Shown: positions 9,562 through 17,998 of the stretch, one piece after another
Layout: each line of letters begins with the position of its first letter
How positions within the stretch are numbered: the stretch's first letter is position 1
Assembly (NCBI GenBank): GCA_017508195.1
Contig: JAFVZL010000043.1
Location: 108,856-172,855 of the forward strand
Direction of reading: 5' to 3'
Source of the DNA: Clostridia bacterium
Lineage (GTDB): Bacteria; Bacillota; Clostridia; Oscillospirales; CAG-272
Length of the DNA stretch: 64,000 nucleotides
The notes under the pieces: generated by a model
What the model was told of the DNA's origin: nothing
Database searches by the model: none
What the model saw: the letters and a program-made list of their open reading frames with translations, nothing else
Position numbers and translations under genes: made by a program

Positions 9562-10809
9562 ATGGCGACGGTAGCTATCATTTGCGAATATAACCCCTTT
9601 CATTCGGGTCATGAATATCATATAAAAGCCATAAAAAAAGAATTTGGCAATGATACATGTATCATCGGAATAATGAGCGGAAGCTTCACTCAGCGCGGTG
9701 AGATAGCTATTATGGATAAGTCTCTACGTGCGCGTGCGGCGGTCGATCACGGAATGAGCCTCGTGCTCGAGCTTCCCTTCCCGTTTTCAATGTCAAATGC
9801 TGAGGTATTTGCCAAAAGCGCAATCCATATTATAAATTCCATCGGCACGGTAGACTATCTTTCGTTCGGTAGCGAAAACGGAGACTTGGCAGAGCTAAAA
9901 TCAACAGCTGAGGCGATGCTGGACAAAAAGTTTGAAGATACTCTCTCCTCTCTTATTGAGAGCGGAAATCATAAGGAGATCGGATATCCCGCTTTATGCG
10001 AGATGGCACTTAAAATGGCATACGGTGACGGCTTTGTGTATGCAGAGCAAACACCGAACAACATACTTGCGCTTGAATATATCAAGGCTATAATATCACT
10101 TGGCAGCAATATCAAGCTGCATACTGTAAAGCGTGAGGGTGCCGCTTATTCATCGATCGAAATCGAGAAATGCGAGCATCAAAGTGCGACCGCGATAAGA
10201 AATTCGATACGCGATGGAGATGCTTCTGCTTTAAGATATCTCCCGGAATCGTCAAAGAACGCGCTTTTGTGTGCTATCAACTCAGGCGCAGCCCCTACCG
10301 ACGAGGAGCGTATTTCATCGGCGGTTATTTCATCATTCAGGTTAAACACCGACAAATACGGCGATGAGATTGCCGATTGTGCCGGGGGTTTATATAACAG
10401 ACTCAGAGCATGTGCCCTGAGAGCAAATTCTATTGAGGAACTAATTCGCCTCTCTGAGACCAAAAAGTACACGCAAGCAAGACTGAGACGTGCAGTATAC
10501 TACTCCTTTTTCGGCGTTACCTCCTCCGATATCAAGGAATTACCCATGTACACAGCGATTCTTGCTACAGACGGTCTCGGAAGAGCCGAGCTCAAAAAAA
10601 TCAAAAATAAAAGCGACTTTCCCATTCTCACGAAGCCCTCACGGCTTGACAAGCTGCCTGAAGGGGCACGCAGACAAAAGCTGCTATCCGACAGAGCCGA
10701 TGCCATCTTTGAGATGACAAAGCCATGTCCGGGTGAGGCGGGCTTTTCCCTTACGGTAACCCCATACGTGAAAACGGACGACTCGTGCGAAAGCTTAACA
10801 CAGCACTAG
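9562..10809 (+). CDS. tmcAL: tRNA(Met) cytidine acetate ligase (TmcAL / YlbM, UPF0348)
   Basis: 415 aa. The N-terminal HIGH-like nucleotidyltransferase signature EYNPFHSGHEYHI is typical of YlbM/TmcAL. Confidence 0.85.
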   Translation: MATVAIICEYNPFHSGHEYHIKAIKKEFGNDTCIIGIMSGSFTQRGEIAIMDKSLRARAAVDHGMSLVLELPFPFSMSNAEVFAKSAIHIINSIGTVDYLSFGSENGDLAELKSTAEAMLDKKFEDTLSSLIESGNHKEIGYPALCEMALKMAYGDGFVYAEQTPNNILALEYIKAIISLGSNIKLHTVKREGAAYSSIEIEKCEHQSATAIRNSIRDGDASALRYLPESSKNALLCAINSGAAPTDEERISSAVISSFRLNTDKYGDEIADCAGGLYNRLRACALRANSIEELIRLSETKKYTQARLRRAVYYSFFGVTSSDIKELPMYTAILATDGLGRAELKKIKNKSDFPILTKPSRLDKLPEGARRQKLLSDRADAIFEMTKPCPGEAGFSLTVTPYVKTDDSCESLTQH

Positions 10810-10810
10810 T

Positions 10811-10820
10811 TTTGTCGAAT
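10811..10820 (+). promoter_or_regulatory. Spo0A-box-like element upstream of a small ORF
   Basis: TTTGTCGAAT versus the 0A-box consensus TTTGTCGAAA. A TATAAT hexamer sits at 10850-10855. Confidence 0.3.
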
Positions 10821-10906
10821 GACTTTACAGTGCGTTCGCTTTTTGTTATTATAATGACGAAGCGGACAAGCACGCCGTCGCTTTTAAAAAAATGAAAGGA
10901 GATCTT

Positions 10907-11191
10907 ATGTTAAACGCAAACGGAGTTTCAAACGACGAATTCCTTGAGTACAAGGGCAGACCCCTCGTTCGTCAGGGAGAGGAAATTTTCTACGGCGATA
11001 TGTCAGAAAAGTTCTATATTTACATGATGATCATGACCGAGAAGGACACCGCAAACGGTTCTGTTCCCGACAAGATCATGGTTCAGCTGTGCGATACCGC
11101 TACACAGCGCCCCAGCAATCAGAAGATAGTTGTGGGCTTCAAGGAGGCATTTGAGTTTGCAGATGCCTGGCTTGAGAGATTTAATAAGTAA
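10907..11191 (+). CDS. Hypothetical small protein (94 aa)
   Basis: ATG at 10907 is preceded by a GAAAGGAG RBS; the upstream ATG at 10892 lies inside that RBS. Coding-like composition, but no family recognised. Confidence 0.6.
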   Translation: MLNANGVSNDEFLEYKGRPLVRQGEEIFYGDMSEKFYIYMMIMTEKDTANGSVPDKIMVQLCDTATQRPSNQKIVVGFKEAFEFADAWLERFNK

Positions 11192-11242
11192 AAAGAGAAG
11201 TTAAGCGTGCGCGTTACACTATCCGACGCGCAAGGAGGTAAA

Positions 11243-12358
11243 ATGGAATCCAAGAAAAACGGCAACCTCGCTAAGTTGGTTGCTTTTTTTCTCACTGTCA
11301 GCGTGCTGATTGCGGCAATTGCCTTTTCCGCAGGCGGTTGGCAAGGAGATCTTTTGGGACCGGATAGCGGCAATTCCGAAGAGGATAACATTCCGACAAT
11401 CGGAGATGCCGATGAAAACACAGACGGTGACGGGGATACGCAGGGCGATCCCGATATTCCCGAAAAAATAATTTATACAAGCTATATTACAGGCTTAGAG
11501 ATAACCGAAGAGGAATCGTTTCTGAAGCCACTGTGTATTCTTTTCGACAGTAACGCGCCAATGTACGGTATTTCATCATCGTTTCTGACCGTAGAGATAC
11601 CGGTTGAAAACGGAAATACTCGTATGTTGGCGTTTACAAACGACGCAACTAAGCTCGGTAAGCTTGGCTCTTGTGCACCTACGAGAGCATATATATCAAA
11701 TATAGCAAAGTATTTTGGCGGAGTGCTCGTTTCGATGGGCTCCGACGATCAATTCACATATCCTGCCTTTGAATACAAGGGCGGATATATCGATTTTTCA
11801 TCCGAAAGCGGTTATCATTACACCGAATACGGAGAGCACTGCTACACAAACGCGGATCTTATTGGCGCATATATCAAAAACTGTGCAATAAGCACAGTCA
11901 AGCAGGACAATGTCACAGCACCTTATATCTTCAGCAATAACCCGGATCGCACCGGGGATATTACCGCAAACACAGTCCTTATATCCTTCGACAAGGGCTC
12001 GACATCAGAGCTAATATATTCTGCCGACGACGGAAAGTATCTTCTCAAAAAGAACTCGGTATCGATCACTGACCGTCTTAACGATAAGGAGGCTGCGTAT
12101 GATAACGTATTCGTGCTTTACAGCGATGCAACAACGCACGAGACCCGTGATGCAACCCAGCTGGTGCTCGACACCAAGAGTGGCGGAAGTGGCTATTACA
12201 TCAGAGCCGGCAAGGCCATGAATATAACCTGGTCGACAAACGAAAACGGAGAGTTAAGGTTCTACGGCGAGAGTGGTGAGACACTCGAAGTATTGCCAGG
12301 TGAAGCATATATTGCTTTCGCAAAATCCTCACAGATCGAAAACACAAAAATTGCATAG
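11243..12358 (+). CDS. DUF3048-like (YerB-like) membrane-anchored/secreted protein
   Basis: AAGGAGG RBS then ATG at 11243. N-terminal TM/signal anchor (LAKLVAFFLTVSVLIAAIAF), then an acidic linker. The blocks ITGLEITEEE..KPLCILFDSNAP...VENGNTRMLAFT match my recollection of the DUF3048 pattern. Confidence 0.6.
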   Translation: MESKKNGNLAKLVAFFLTVSVLIAAIAFSAGGWQGDLLGPDSGNSEEDNIPTIGDADENTDGDGDTQGDPDIPEKIIYTSYITGLEITEEESFLKPLCILFDSNAPMYGISSSFLTVEIPVENGNTRMLAFTNDATKLGKLGSCAPTRAYISNIAKYFGGVLVSMGSDDQFTYPAFEYKGGYIDFSSESGYHYTEYGEHCYTNADLIGAYIKNCAISTVKQDNVTAPYIFSNNPDRTGDITANTVLISFDKGSTSELIYSADDGKYLLKKNSVSITDRLNDKEAAYDNVFVLYSDATTHETRDATQLVLDTKSGGSGYYIRAGKAMNITWSTNENGELRFYGESGETLEVLPGEAYIAFAKSSQIENTKIA

Positions 12359-12364
12359 TTTAAA

Positions 12365-12407
12365 GGCTGCCTCAAACGCATTTTGCATTTGAGACAGCCT
12401 TTTTTTA
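12365..12407 (+). terminator. Intrinsic terminator after the DUF3048-like gene
   Basis: GGCTGCCTCAAA...TTTGAGACAGCC stem (one mismatch) followed by T7. Confidence 0.75.
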
Positions 12408-12435
12408 CATAAATACAACCCCGAGAACGGCGGTA

Positions 12436-12554
12436 GAAAAAGTCCAATAAAAATCGAAGAAATCCGCAGGATTTCAACCTTGGCTTATACAGTGTATAAG
12501 GTGTGATAAAAGCCGAGGTTTTAGCCAAGCATTATAATAAACCTGGACTTTTTC
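12436..12554. repeat. Nested inverted-repeat element (~120 nt) in the DUF3048-like/spoVT spacer
   Basis: Perfect 11-bp outer inverted repeat GAAAAAGTCCA (12436-12446) / TGGACTTTTTC (12544-12554). It encloses the hairpin GAAATCC-gca-GGATTTC (12459-12475) and the pair CTTGGCT (12478-12484) / AGCCAAG (12523-12529), which itself contains TATAC-agt-GTATA. Confidence 0.5.
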
Positions 12555-12581
12555 GATCTCACCAAATATGGCATCCCAAAA

Positions 12582-13136
12582 CTAGCTTTCCATTTGTTTT
12601 CCGAGGAACACCCCTGCCGTCTGTATAAGCTTCGACTCCGTTTCCCCCGAGATCTTAGGTGCTCCGCTCTCACCGAACGGAACCGCTGACATAATGCAGC
12701 CCACTACGTCACCCTCACTAAGGATAGGCATTGCGCAGTTTACGTAGTGAGAGCCGCCTTCATTGCTTATAGCTACGGCTTCCTTTCCTTCTGTTTTAAC
12801 GTAGAGTGAGCGCGCCTCGACTATCTCCTCAAGGCCTCTCGAGATCTTTCTGTCAAGATATTCCTTTTTCGATGCGCCCGAAACTGCAATAATCTCATCT
12901 CTGTCACATATGAATATCGGCATCATAGAGGTCTTCTGGAGTGCATCCGCATATTCTGATGCAAAGCTCTGTAATTCTCCTATTGGAGAATACTTTTTGA
13001 AGATAACCTCTCCCTCACGGTCGGTATATATTTCCAGTGGGTCGCCTTCTTTTATTCTGAGTGTGCGCCTGATCTCCTTAGGTATTACTATTCTTCCGAG
13101 ATCATCGATACGCCTTACTATTCCCGTTGCTTTCAT
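12582..13136 (-). CDS. spoVT: Stage V sporulation protein T (AbrB-family regulator with GAF-like C-domain)
   Basis: 184 aa. SpoVT/AbrB swapped-hairpin N-terminus MKATGIVRRIDDLGRIVIPKEIRRTLRIKEGDPLEIY. The length fits SpoVT rather than AbrB. Confidence 0.9.
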   Translation of the reverse strand: MKATGIVRRIDDLGRIVIPKEIRRTLRIKEGDPLEIYTDREGEVIFKKYSPIGELQSFASEYADALQKTSMMPIFICDRDEIIAVSGASKKEYLDRKISRGLEEIVEARSLYVKTEGKEAVAISNEGGSHYVNCAMPILSEGDVVGCIMSAVPFGESGAPKISGETESKLIQTAGVFLGKQMES

Positions 13137-13172
13137 GTATATAAAATCTCCTTTTGTTATCGAGTGTAACGT

Positions 13173-13201
13173 TAGTATTTGTTAAAAGAAGGGATTTATA
13201 C
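13173..13201 (-). promoter_or_regulatory. Possible forespore sigma (sigma-G/F-type) promoter of spoVT
   Basis: Minus strand: GTATA, a 15-nt spacer, then CAAATACTA. This resembles the GHATR / CAtnnTA type consensus. It lies ~35 nt upstream of the AAAGGAG RBS. Confidence 0.3.
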
Positions 13202-13265
13202 CGAGAGAAGCTCCTTTTTAGATTATAACGTAGCTTTTAAACTTGGTTTATATTTTTGTTTAACG

Positions 13266-13291
13266 TAAAAAAGAGGCTTTTCAGCCTCTTT
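13266..13291 (-). terminator. Terminator after the PHP phosphatase gene
   Basis: AGAGGCT-tttc-AGCCTCT hairpin flanked by an A-run and a T-run, immediately after the stop at 13297. Confidence 0.7.
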
Positions 13292-13296
13292 TCAAA

Positions 13297-13971
13297 TCAT
13301 TTGGATTGTTCCCATATCTCATCCGAGCTTTTTTTCACAAAATCAGCATACTTACCGAGTCTTTTAACCGCAGTGCGGAAATCCTTATATGCACGCGGAT
13401 CAGCGTGGTGGATATCGCTACCTATCGCAACAACAACACCGGCAGCAAGCCATTTGTTAACAGAACGCTTTCTGAAAAGTGTGGCGACAGCGGGTGCGTT
13501 CAACTGAATGACAGCACCGACATCAAGCATTAAATCGACGTGATCGGGATCATACCTTTCTGCGTGAGCAAGGATAACGTTGTATCCTCGAGAAACGATA
13601 GCCTTTGCCGTTTTTACGTATTCCGTAGAAAAATCGTTAAACGGCAACTCTAATAGAAGATGTCGCGTCCCCGAAAGGCAGAGAGATTCAAGCCCCGGCA
13701 TACTGTCAAGCCCGGGACATAGAAGAACCTCTGCCCCGAGTCTTACCTCGGGAAGACCATCATGCTCATTCATAAGTGAACGGTATGATATCTCGCGCTT
13801 TGCTATAAATTGCTCTACACTATCCTTATGGGGATAAAAATGAGAGGTTGCAAAAATGCGTGAAACACCAAATTTACGAGCCAGAGCAAGCTGCTTCAAG
13901 CTCTCATCAATAGACTCTGTACCATGGTCGAGCGCGGGAAGAATATGCGAATGGAAATCACAAATATCCAT
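13297..13971 (-). CDS. PHP-family protein-tyrosine phosphatase (CpsB/YwqE type)
   Basis: 224 aa. N-terminal metal-binding motif DFHSHILPALDHG, and later TSHFYP. Confidence 0.85.
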   Translation of the reverse strand: MDICDFHSHILPALDHGTESIDESLKQLALARKFGVSRIFATSHFYPHKDSVEQFIAKREISYRSLMNEHDGLPEVRLGAEVLLCPGLDSMPGLESLCLSGTRHLLLELPFNDFSTEYVKTAKAIVSRGYNVILAHAERYDPDHVDLMLDVGAVIQLNAPAVATLFRKRSVNKWLAAGVVVAIGSDIHHADPRAYKDFRTAVKRLGKYADFVKKSSDEIWEQSK

Positions 13972-13983
13972 AGCGCGTCTCCT

Positions 13984-14709
13984 TTATTTACCGTAAGCAC
14001 CGTCGTAGCCGCTGTAGCGACCGTATTTCTTAGACTTCTTAGCATCAAGAGATGCGAGAACGAAGCCGATTATCTTGGCATCAACGCTCTCAAGCACTCC
14101 TACTGCCTCAGAGATCGTATTCACATCGGAATAGTCGGCTCTGACCACGAGAAGGAATCCGTCCGTAAACTCGCTGAAGAATACCGCATCACTTACGATT
14201 GTAATGGGCGGTGTATCTATGATAACGTAATCAAATTTTTCGTCAAGCAAAGCGAATAGCTTGTCCATCCTCGCAGACGAAAGAAGTGCCGTGGTATTCG
14301 TGCTTTCTGCGCCTGAGCAAATCAAAGAAAGATTGGGATATGCGGTCTTTATAAAATTCGGCTCTGCATCTATACCCGCAAGATACTCGCTCAGACCGTG
14401 AGTGCTGTCGTGGTCTATTTCAAGAAGAGGGGATATCCTCGGATTTCTGAGGTCTCCGTCAATAAGGAGCACCTTAGTGTCGGGAGAATTTGCCGCGATA
14501 GTATATGCAAGGTTAATTGAAACAAGAGTCTTTCCCTCACCGGGGCATGCACTCGCCATAACAAGCTTCTTACACTTTTTTTCTATCGGGAGATACATTA
14601 TGTTGGTATAAAGCGCTCTGTAAGCCTCTCTAACACCAAACGGTGAATCATCACTCAGTATACGCCTGGCATCAAGCTCCAGGCTGCTATGAGCTCTTGA
14701 TTTTTTCAT
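13984..14709 (-). CDS. Bacterial tyrosine (BY) kinase, cytoplasmic ATPase subunit (CpsD/YwqD type)
   Basis: 241 aa. Walker A is SACPGEGKTLVS, Walker A'/B blocks are LLIDGDLR and YVIIDTPP. The C-terminal tail is Tyr-rich (KKYGRYSGYDGAYGK). Confidence 0.9.
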   Translation of the reverse strand: MKKSRAHSSLELDARRILSDDSPFGVREAYRALYTNIMYLPIEKKCKKLVMASACPGEGKTLVSINLAYTIAANSPDTKVLLIDGDLRNPRISPLLEIDHDSTHGLSEYLAGIDAEPNFIKTAYPNLSLICSGAESTNTTALLSSARMDKLFALLDEKFDYVIIDTPPITIVSDAVFFSEFTDGFLLVVRADYSDVNTISEAVGVLESVDAKIIGFVLASLDAKKSKKYGRYSGYDGAYGK

Positions 14710-15467
14710 GCGCTCTTACCTCCGTTTTCACTGATGCTGACGTCATGCCTCGGAATAACTCCCAGAATCGGGAAATCAAAATACTCCTCGAGCTTCTTTC
14801 TGTCGTGCACAACAATGTCAAACCTGTTGACAATAAATATCACAACCATACTGACTACTGCTCCGAGCAGAGCACCGATAACCGCGCTCGTCACAACGCC
14901 CTTATCGTTCTTTGCACTCGCAGGCAGGGGTGACTCGATAGTCTTAATATTGATCTTGGAGTATGCGTTGGGAAGGAAATCCTTGATAGGCGCAGGTGTT
15001 CCATCCTCGGCTGTAACAAGATGAGAAACGAGAGACTTTGCAATTATATGCGACTTCACCGCACTGGTAGTAGTGACCTCAATAGAAAAGACAGAGGTCT
15101 CTCCACTCTTCACTACCTTAAATACTCTCTTTAATTCCTCAAATCCGGTTCTTATTCCGTCTTTTTCATATCTCGTGTTTATATCCTCTGCTACGGCACT
15201 GTCAAGAAAATCGCGGCTGAAGAGCACTATCTCGAGATTCTCGATGACTCTGTAAGAGAGCTCGATATCGCTCGAGCTGATGGTCGAGGAATTATCTCTC
15301 GAAAGCATAAATGTCGCTCTCGAGGTATAAGTATCCTTCTTAAATACCAATGCATAGCCACCGAAAAGCACACCGAGTACTACTGCCGATACGACTATTA
15401 TCCAAAGCTTCGGAATGAATATCGACACCAGATCCTTTACGGTTATTTCATCATTTTGTTTTTTCAT
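14706..15467 (-). CDS. Wzz/CpsC/YwqC-type chain-length determinant and BY-kinase transmembrane modulator
   Basis: 253 aa with two TM segments flanking an extracellular domain. The N-terminus (ITVKDLVSIFIPKLWIIV) is Wzz-like. Its stop overlaps the kinase gene start. Confidence 0.8.
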   Translation of the reverse strand: MKKQNDEITVKDLVSIFIPKLWIIVVSAVVLGVLFGGYALVFKKDTYTSRATFMLSRDNSSTISSSDIELSYRVIENLEIVLFSRDFLDSAVAEDINTRYEKDGIRTGFEELKRVFKVVKSGETSVFSIEVTTTSAVKSHIIAKSLVSHLVTAEDGTPAPIKDFLPNAYSKINIKTIESPLPASAKNDKGVVTSAVIGALLGAVVSMVVIFIVNRFDIVVHDRKKLEEYFDFPILGVIPRHDVSISENGGKSA

Positions 15468-15506
15468 ACGTTCCTCTCAAAAGTAGAGTTTAATCGAAGA
15501 TGCATT

Positions 15507-15546
15507 AAAACCGAAGAAAATACGGGAGCTGTGCCCCCGTATTTTC
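15507..15546 (-). terminator. Terminator after the lipoprotein gene
   Basis: Minus strand: AAATACGGG-ggcacagct-CCCGTATTT followed by a U-rich tail. Confidence 0.65.
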
Positions 15547-15614
15547 CAAACATATATACGAATTTGTCCTTTGAATCAGTGACGCGGGACTACACGATAC
15601 CTGACGGACAGTGA

Positions 15615-16775
15615 TTAGTCTGCTCTGACAGACTCCTTGTTCTGAAGCTTACCCGCATCAGAAAGCGCCTGAGTCCATGACTCGCTACCTGCGAAATCAT
15701 TGTAGCTTGCGGTGAAGAAGTTGCCGGTATGAAGAATACTCATCTCGTAAACGTTTTCGGTATCGATCTTTGATACAACACCGTTATCGTCAACCGAGTA
15801 ATGCGTGTTCTCTACACCGTAGAGAAGAAGATTTCTGAGTGTTGCATCGGTATTAAGACAGTAAATGATCTCCATACATCTGTAATACTGATGATTGTTC
15901 ACGCTCTCGTCCTTACCGTCCTGCTTTATAACCGCGAAGGATGCCTCGTGAGCCTCCTCGGCAGTAATAACGGGAGTAGCCGAAATAACGCACTCATATT
16001 CATCACCGAGACTGTTCCTATCAAGATAAGAAGCTCCGTTAAGATGAATGATGCACTTATCGGGATCAAAGCCCGCTGCACGAAGCTCGGCATCATAAGT
16101 GACAAGATCCGACTTAAGTGCGATATAAAGGGGAGCATCCGCAGAGGTCATCTGCGATACCGAGTTACCCTCACCCTCAGTTGAATAATTAAGGAACTGT
16201 GCCATTGCACGGTGTACCATGATGTAATTGTAAGAGCCGACGGGCCTGTTGTTGGGAACAACATATCTGTTTACTACCGCATCCTCGCCCTCACCGTCGA
16301 TAACGGTGGATGCCTGAAGAAGAGCGGTTGCAATCATATCCGAGCTGTTAAGCCTACCGAAATCCTTCGAAATGAAGTGATCGTTAAGAGAAACGAGGCT
16401 GCCCGACTGACGAAGAGTGTTAAACATATCGATACCGTTCACAAAAACGATATCCGCACGAGCCTCACCCTCTGCCGCAGCATCAGCTATAACGGTGGCG
16501 TTATACTCTGCCTCAGTGATAAAATGAATATCAAGCGTGGTCTGGTACTTAGACTCAAGATATGCGTTGATCTCTCTGGAAACCGTATCAATCGCATGCT
16601 TATTAGTGCCGTCACCGGTGATTATGTAGAAGTCAAGTACGATATCCTCTCTCTTCTCAGGCGTGTACTTCTCAAGGTAGCCCTTAAGATCGGCACCTAT
16701 CTCTTCCTCAGCACAGCTTGCAAGAAGGAAGCAGCACATCAGAACGCAAAGAAGAAGACTTAAGATCTTTCTCAT
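15615..16775 (-). CDS. Lipoprotein, solute-binding-protein-like, function unknown
   Basis: 386 aa. Signal peptide with lipobox (LLCVLMCCFLLASC). GGAGGA RBS upstream. The overall pattern is reminiscent of type-2 periplasmic binding proteins, but no transporter genes are adjacent. Confidence 0.7.
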   Translation of the reverse strand: MRKILSLLLCVLMCCFLLASCAEEEIGADLKGYLEKYTPEKREDIVLDFYIITGDGTNKHAIDTVSREINAYLESKYQTTLDIHFITEAEYNATVIADAAAEGEARADIVFVNGIDMFNTLRQSGSLVSLNDHFISKDFGRLNSSDMIATALLQASTVIDGEGEDAVVNRYVVPNNRPVGSYNYIMVHRAMAQFLNYSTEGEGNSVSQMTSADAPLYIALKSDLVTYDAELRAAGFDPDKCIIHLNGASYLDRNSLGDEYECVISATPVITAEEAHEASFAVIKQDGKDESVNNHQYYRCMEIIYCLNTDATLRNLLLYGVENTHYSVDDNGVVSKIDTENVYEMSILHTGNFFTASYNDFAGSESWTQALSDAGKLQNKESVRAD

Positions 16776-16927
16776 AACGAAAATGTCCTCCGGGGGATTT
16801 TTATTACTTTATAAATTGTACTATATTTCTTTTTAAAAGTCAACAAAAATTTTAAATATTAACATTTTGCGTGTTTATTAAAGCAACTTGCACAAAATAC
16901 GAATTATTAATTGTGCAACTCGGCATC

Positions 16928-17983
16928 TTAGTTCGCAAGGTAATCCTTAAGAGCCTTGGATCTTGAGGGATGACGAAGCTTACGGAGCGCCTTAGCCTCA
17001 ATCTGGCGGATACGCTCACGCGTGATCTTAAACTGTCTTCCTACTTCCTCAAGAGTTCTGGGTCTGCCGTCGTCAAGTCCGAAACGGAGCTTGATAACCT
17101 GCTCCTCGCGCTGTGTGAGGGTATGAAGAATATTCCGCAGCTGCTCACGAAGGAGTGAGTTTGATGCGCTCTCCGAGGGGGCGGGAGAATCGTTATCCTC
17201 AACGAAGTCACCGAGGTGGCTGTCTTCCTCCTCACCGATAGGAGTCTCAAGAGATACGGGATCCTGTGCTATCTTCATAATCTCACGCACCTTATCAGCA
17301 GTAATGCCGAGGCGCTCTGCGATCTCATCGGTGGTAGGCTCTCTGCCAAGCTCCTGGAGGAGCTGACGCATGGTTCTGGAAACCTTATGGATAGTTTCAA
17401 CCATGTGTACGGGTATTCTGATCGTTCTCGCCTGATCTGCGATAGCTCTGGTAATTGCCTGTCTGATCCACCAGGTAGCATAGGTCGAGAACTTAAAGCC
17501 CTTGCTGTAGTCGAATTTCTCTACAGCCTTGATAAGACCAAGGTTACCCTCCTGGATGAGGTCGAGGAAATACATTCCCTTTCCTACGTGGCGCTTTGCA
17601 ATACTTACAACAAGACGAAGGTTCGCCTCGATGAGCTCATCCTTAGCCGCCTTGTTACCGAGAGTGATCTGCTCTGCGAGATACGTTTCGCGCTCGGGCG
17701 TGAGAAGCGGTATCTTACCGATCTCCTTCAGGTACATACGCACGGGATCGTCAATAGCGAGACCCTCCTGCGAGAAGTACTTATCCATATTTTCGGCAGA
17801 CTCGTGCGCCTTTACGTCTTCTTCTATCTCCTTGAACTCATCGCTCTCGAGCTCGTCGGGAGTCGCATTTTCAATGTCGACCGAGGATATATCGTAATCG
17901 ATATCCTCAAGCGCTCTCATAATATCAGAGCCTTCATGGTTGTTGTCGATATAAACCTCAACGTTAATCTTTTCTCTGCTCAT
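16928..17983 (-). CDS. sigA: Primary RNA polymerase sigma factor (SigA/RpoD)
   Basis: 351 aa. Regions 1.2-4.2 are recognisable ([64 protein letters not shown]). It sits downstream of dnaG, as in the conserved dnaG-sigA operon. Confidence 0.95.
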   Translation of the reverse strand: MSREKINVEVYIDNNHEGSDIMRALEDIDYDISSVDIENATPDELESDEFKEIEEDVKAHESAENMDKYFSQEGLAIDDPVRMYLKEIGKIPLLTPERETYLAEQITLGNKAAKDELIEANLRLVVSIAKRHVGKGMYFLDLIQEGNLGLIKAVEKFDYSKGFKFSTYATWWIRQAITRAIADQARTIRIPVHMVETIHKVSRTMRQLLQELGREPTTDEIAERLGITADKVREIMKIAQDPVSLETPIGEEEDSHLGDFVEDNDSPAPSESASNSLLREQLRNILHTLTQREEQVIKLRFGLDDGRPRTLEEVGRQFKITRERIRQIEAKALRKLRHPSRSKALKDYLAN

Positions 17984-17998
17984 TTTTTTCTGCCTTCC

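Noticed and set aside
12262-12528. 88-aa minus-strand ORF spanning the terminator and the inverted-repeat spacer
   Set aside because: It overlaps the 3' end of the DUF3048-like gene and its terminator. It has no RBS and its sequence is dominated by the hairpin repeats.
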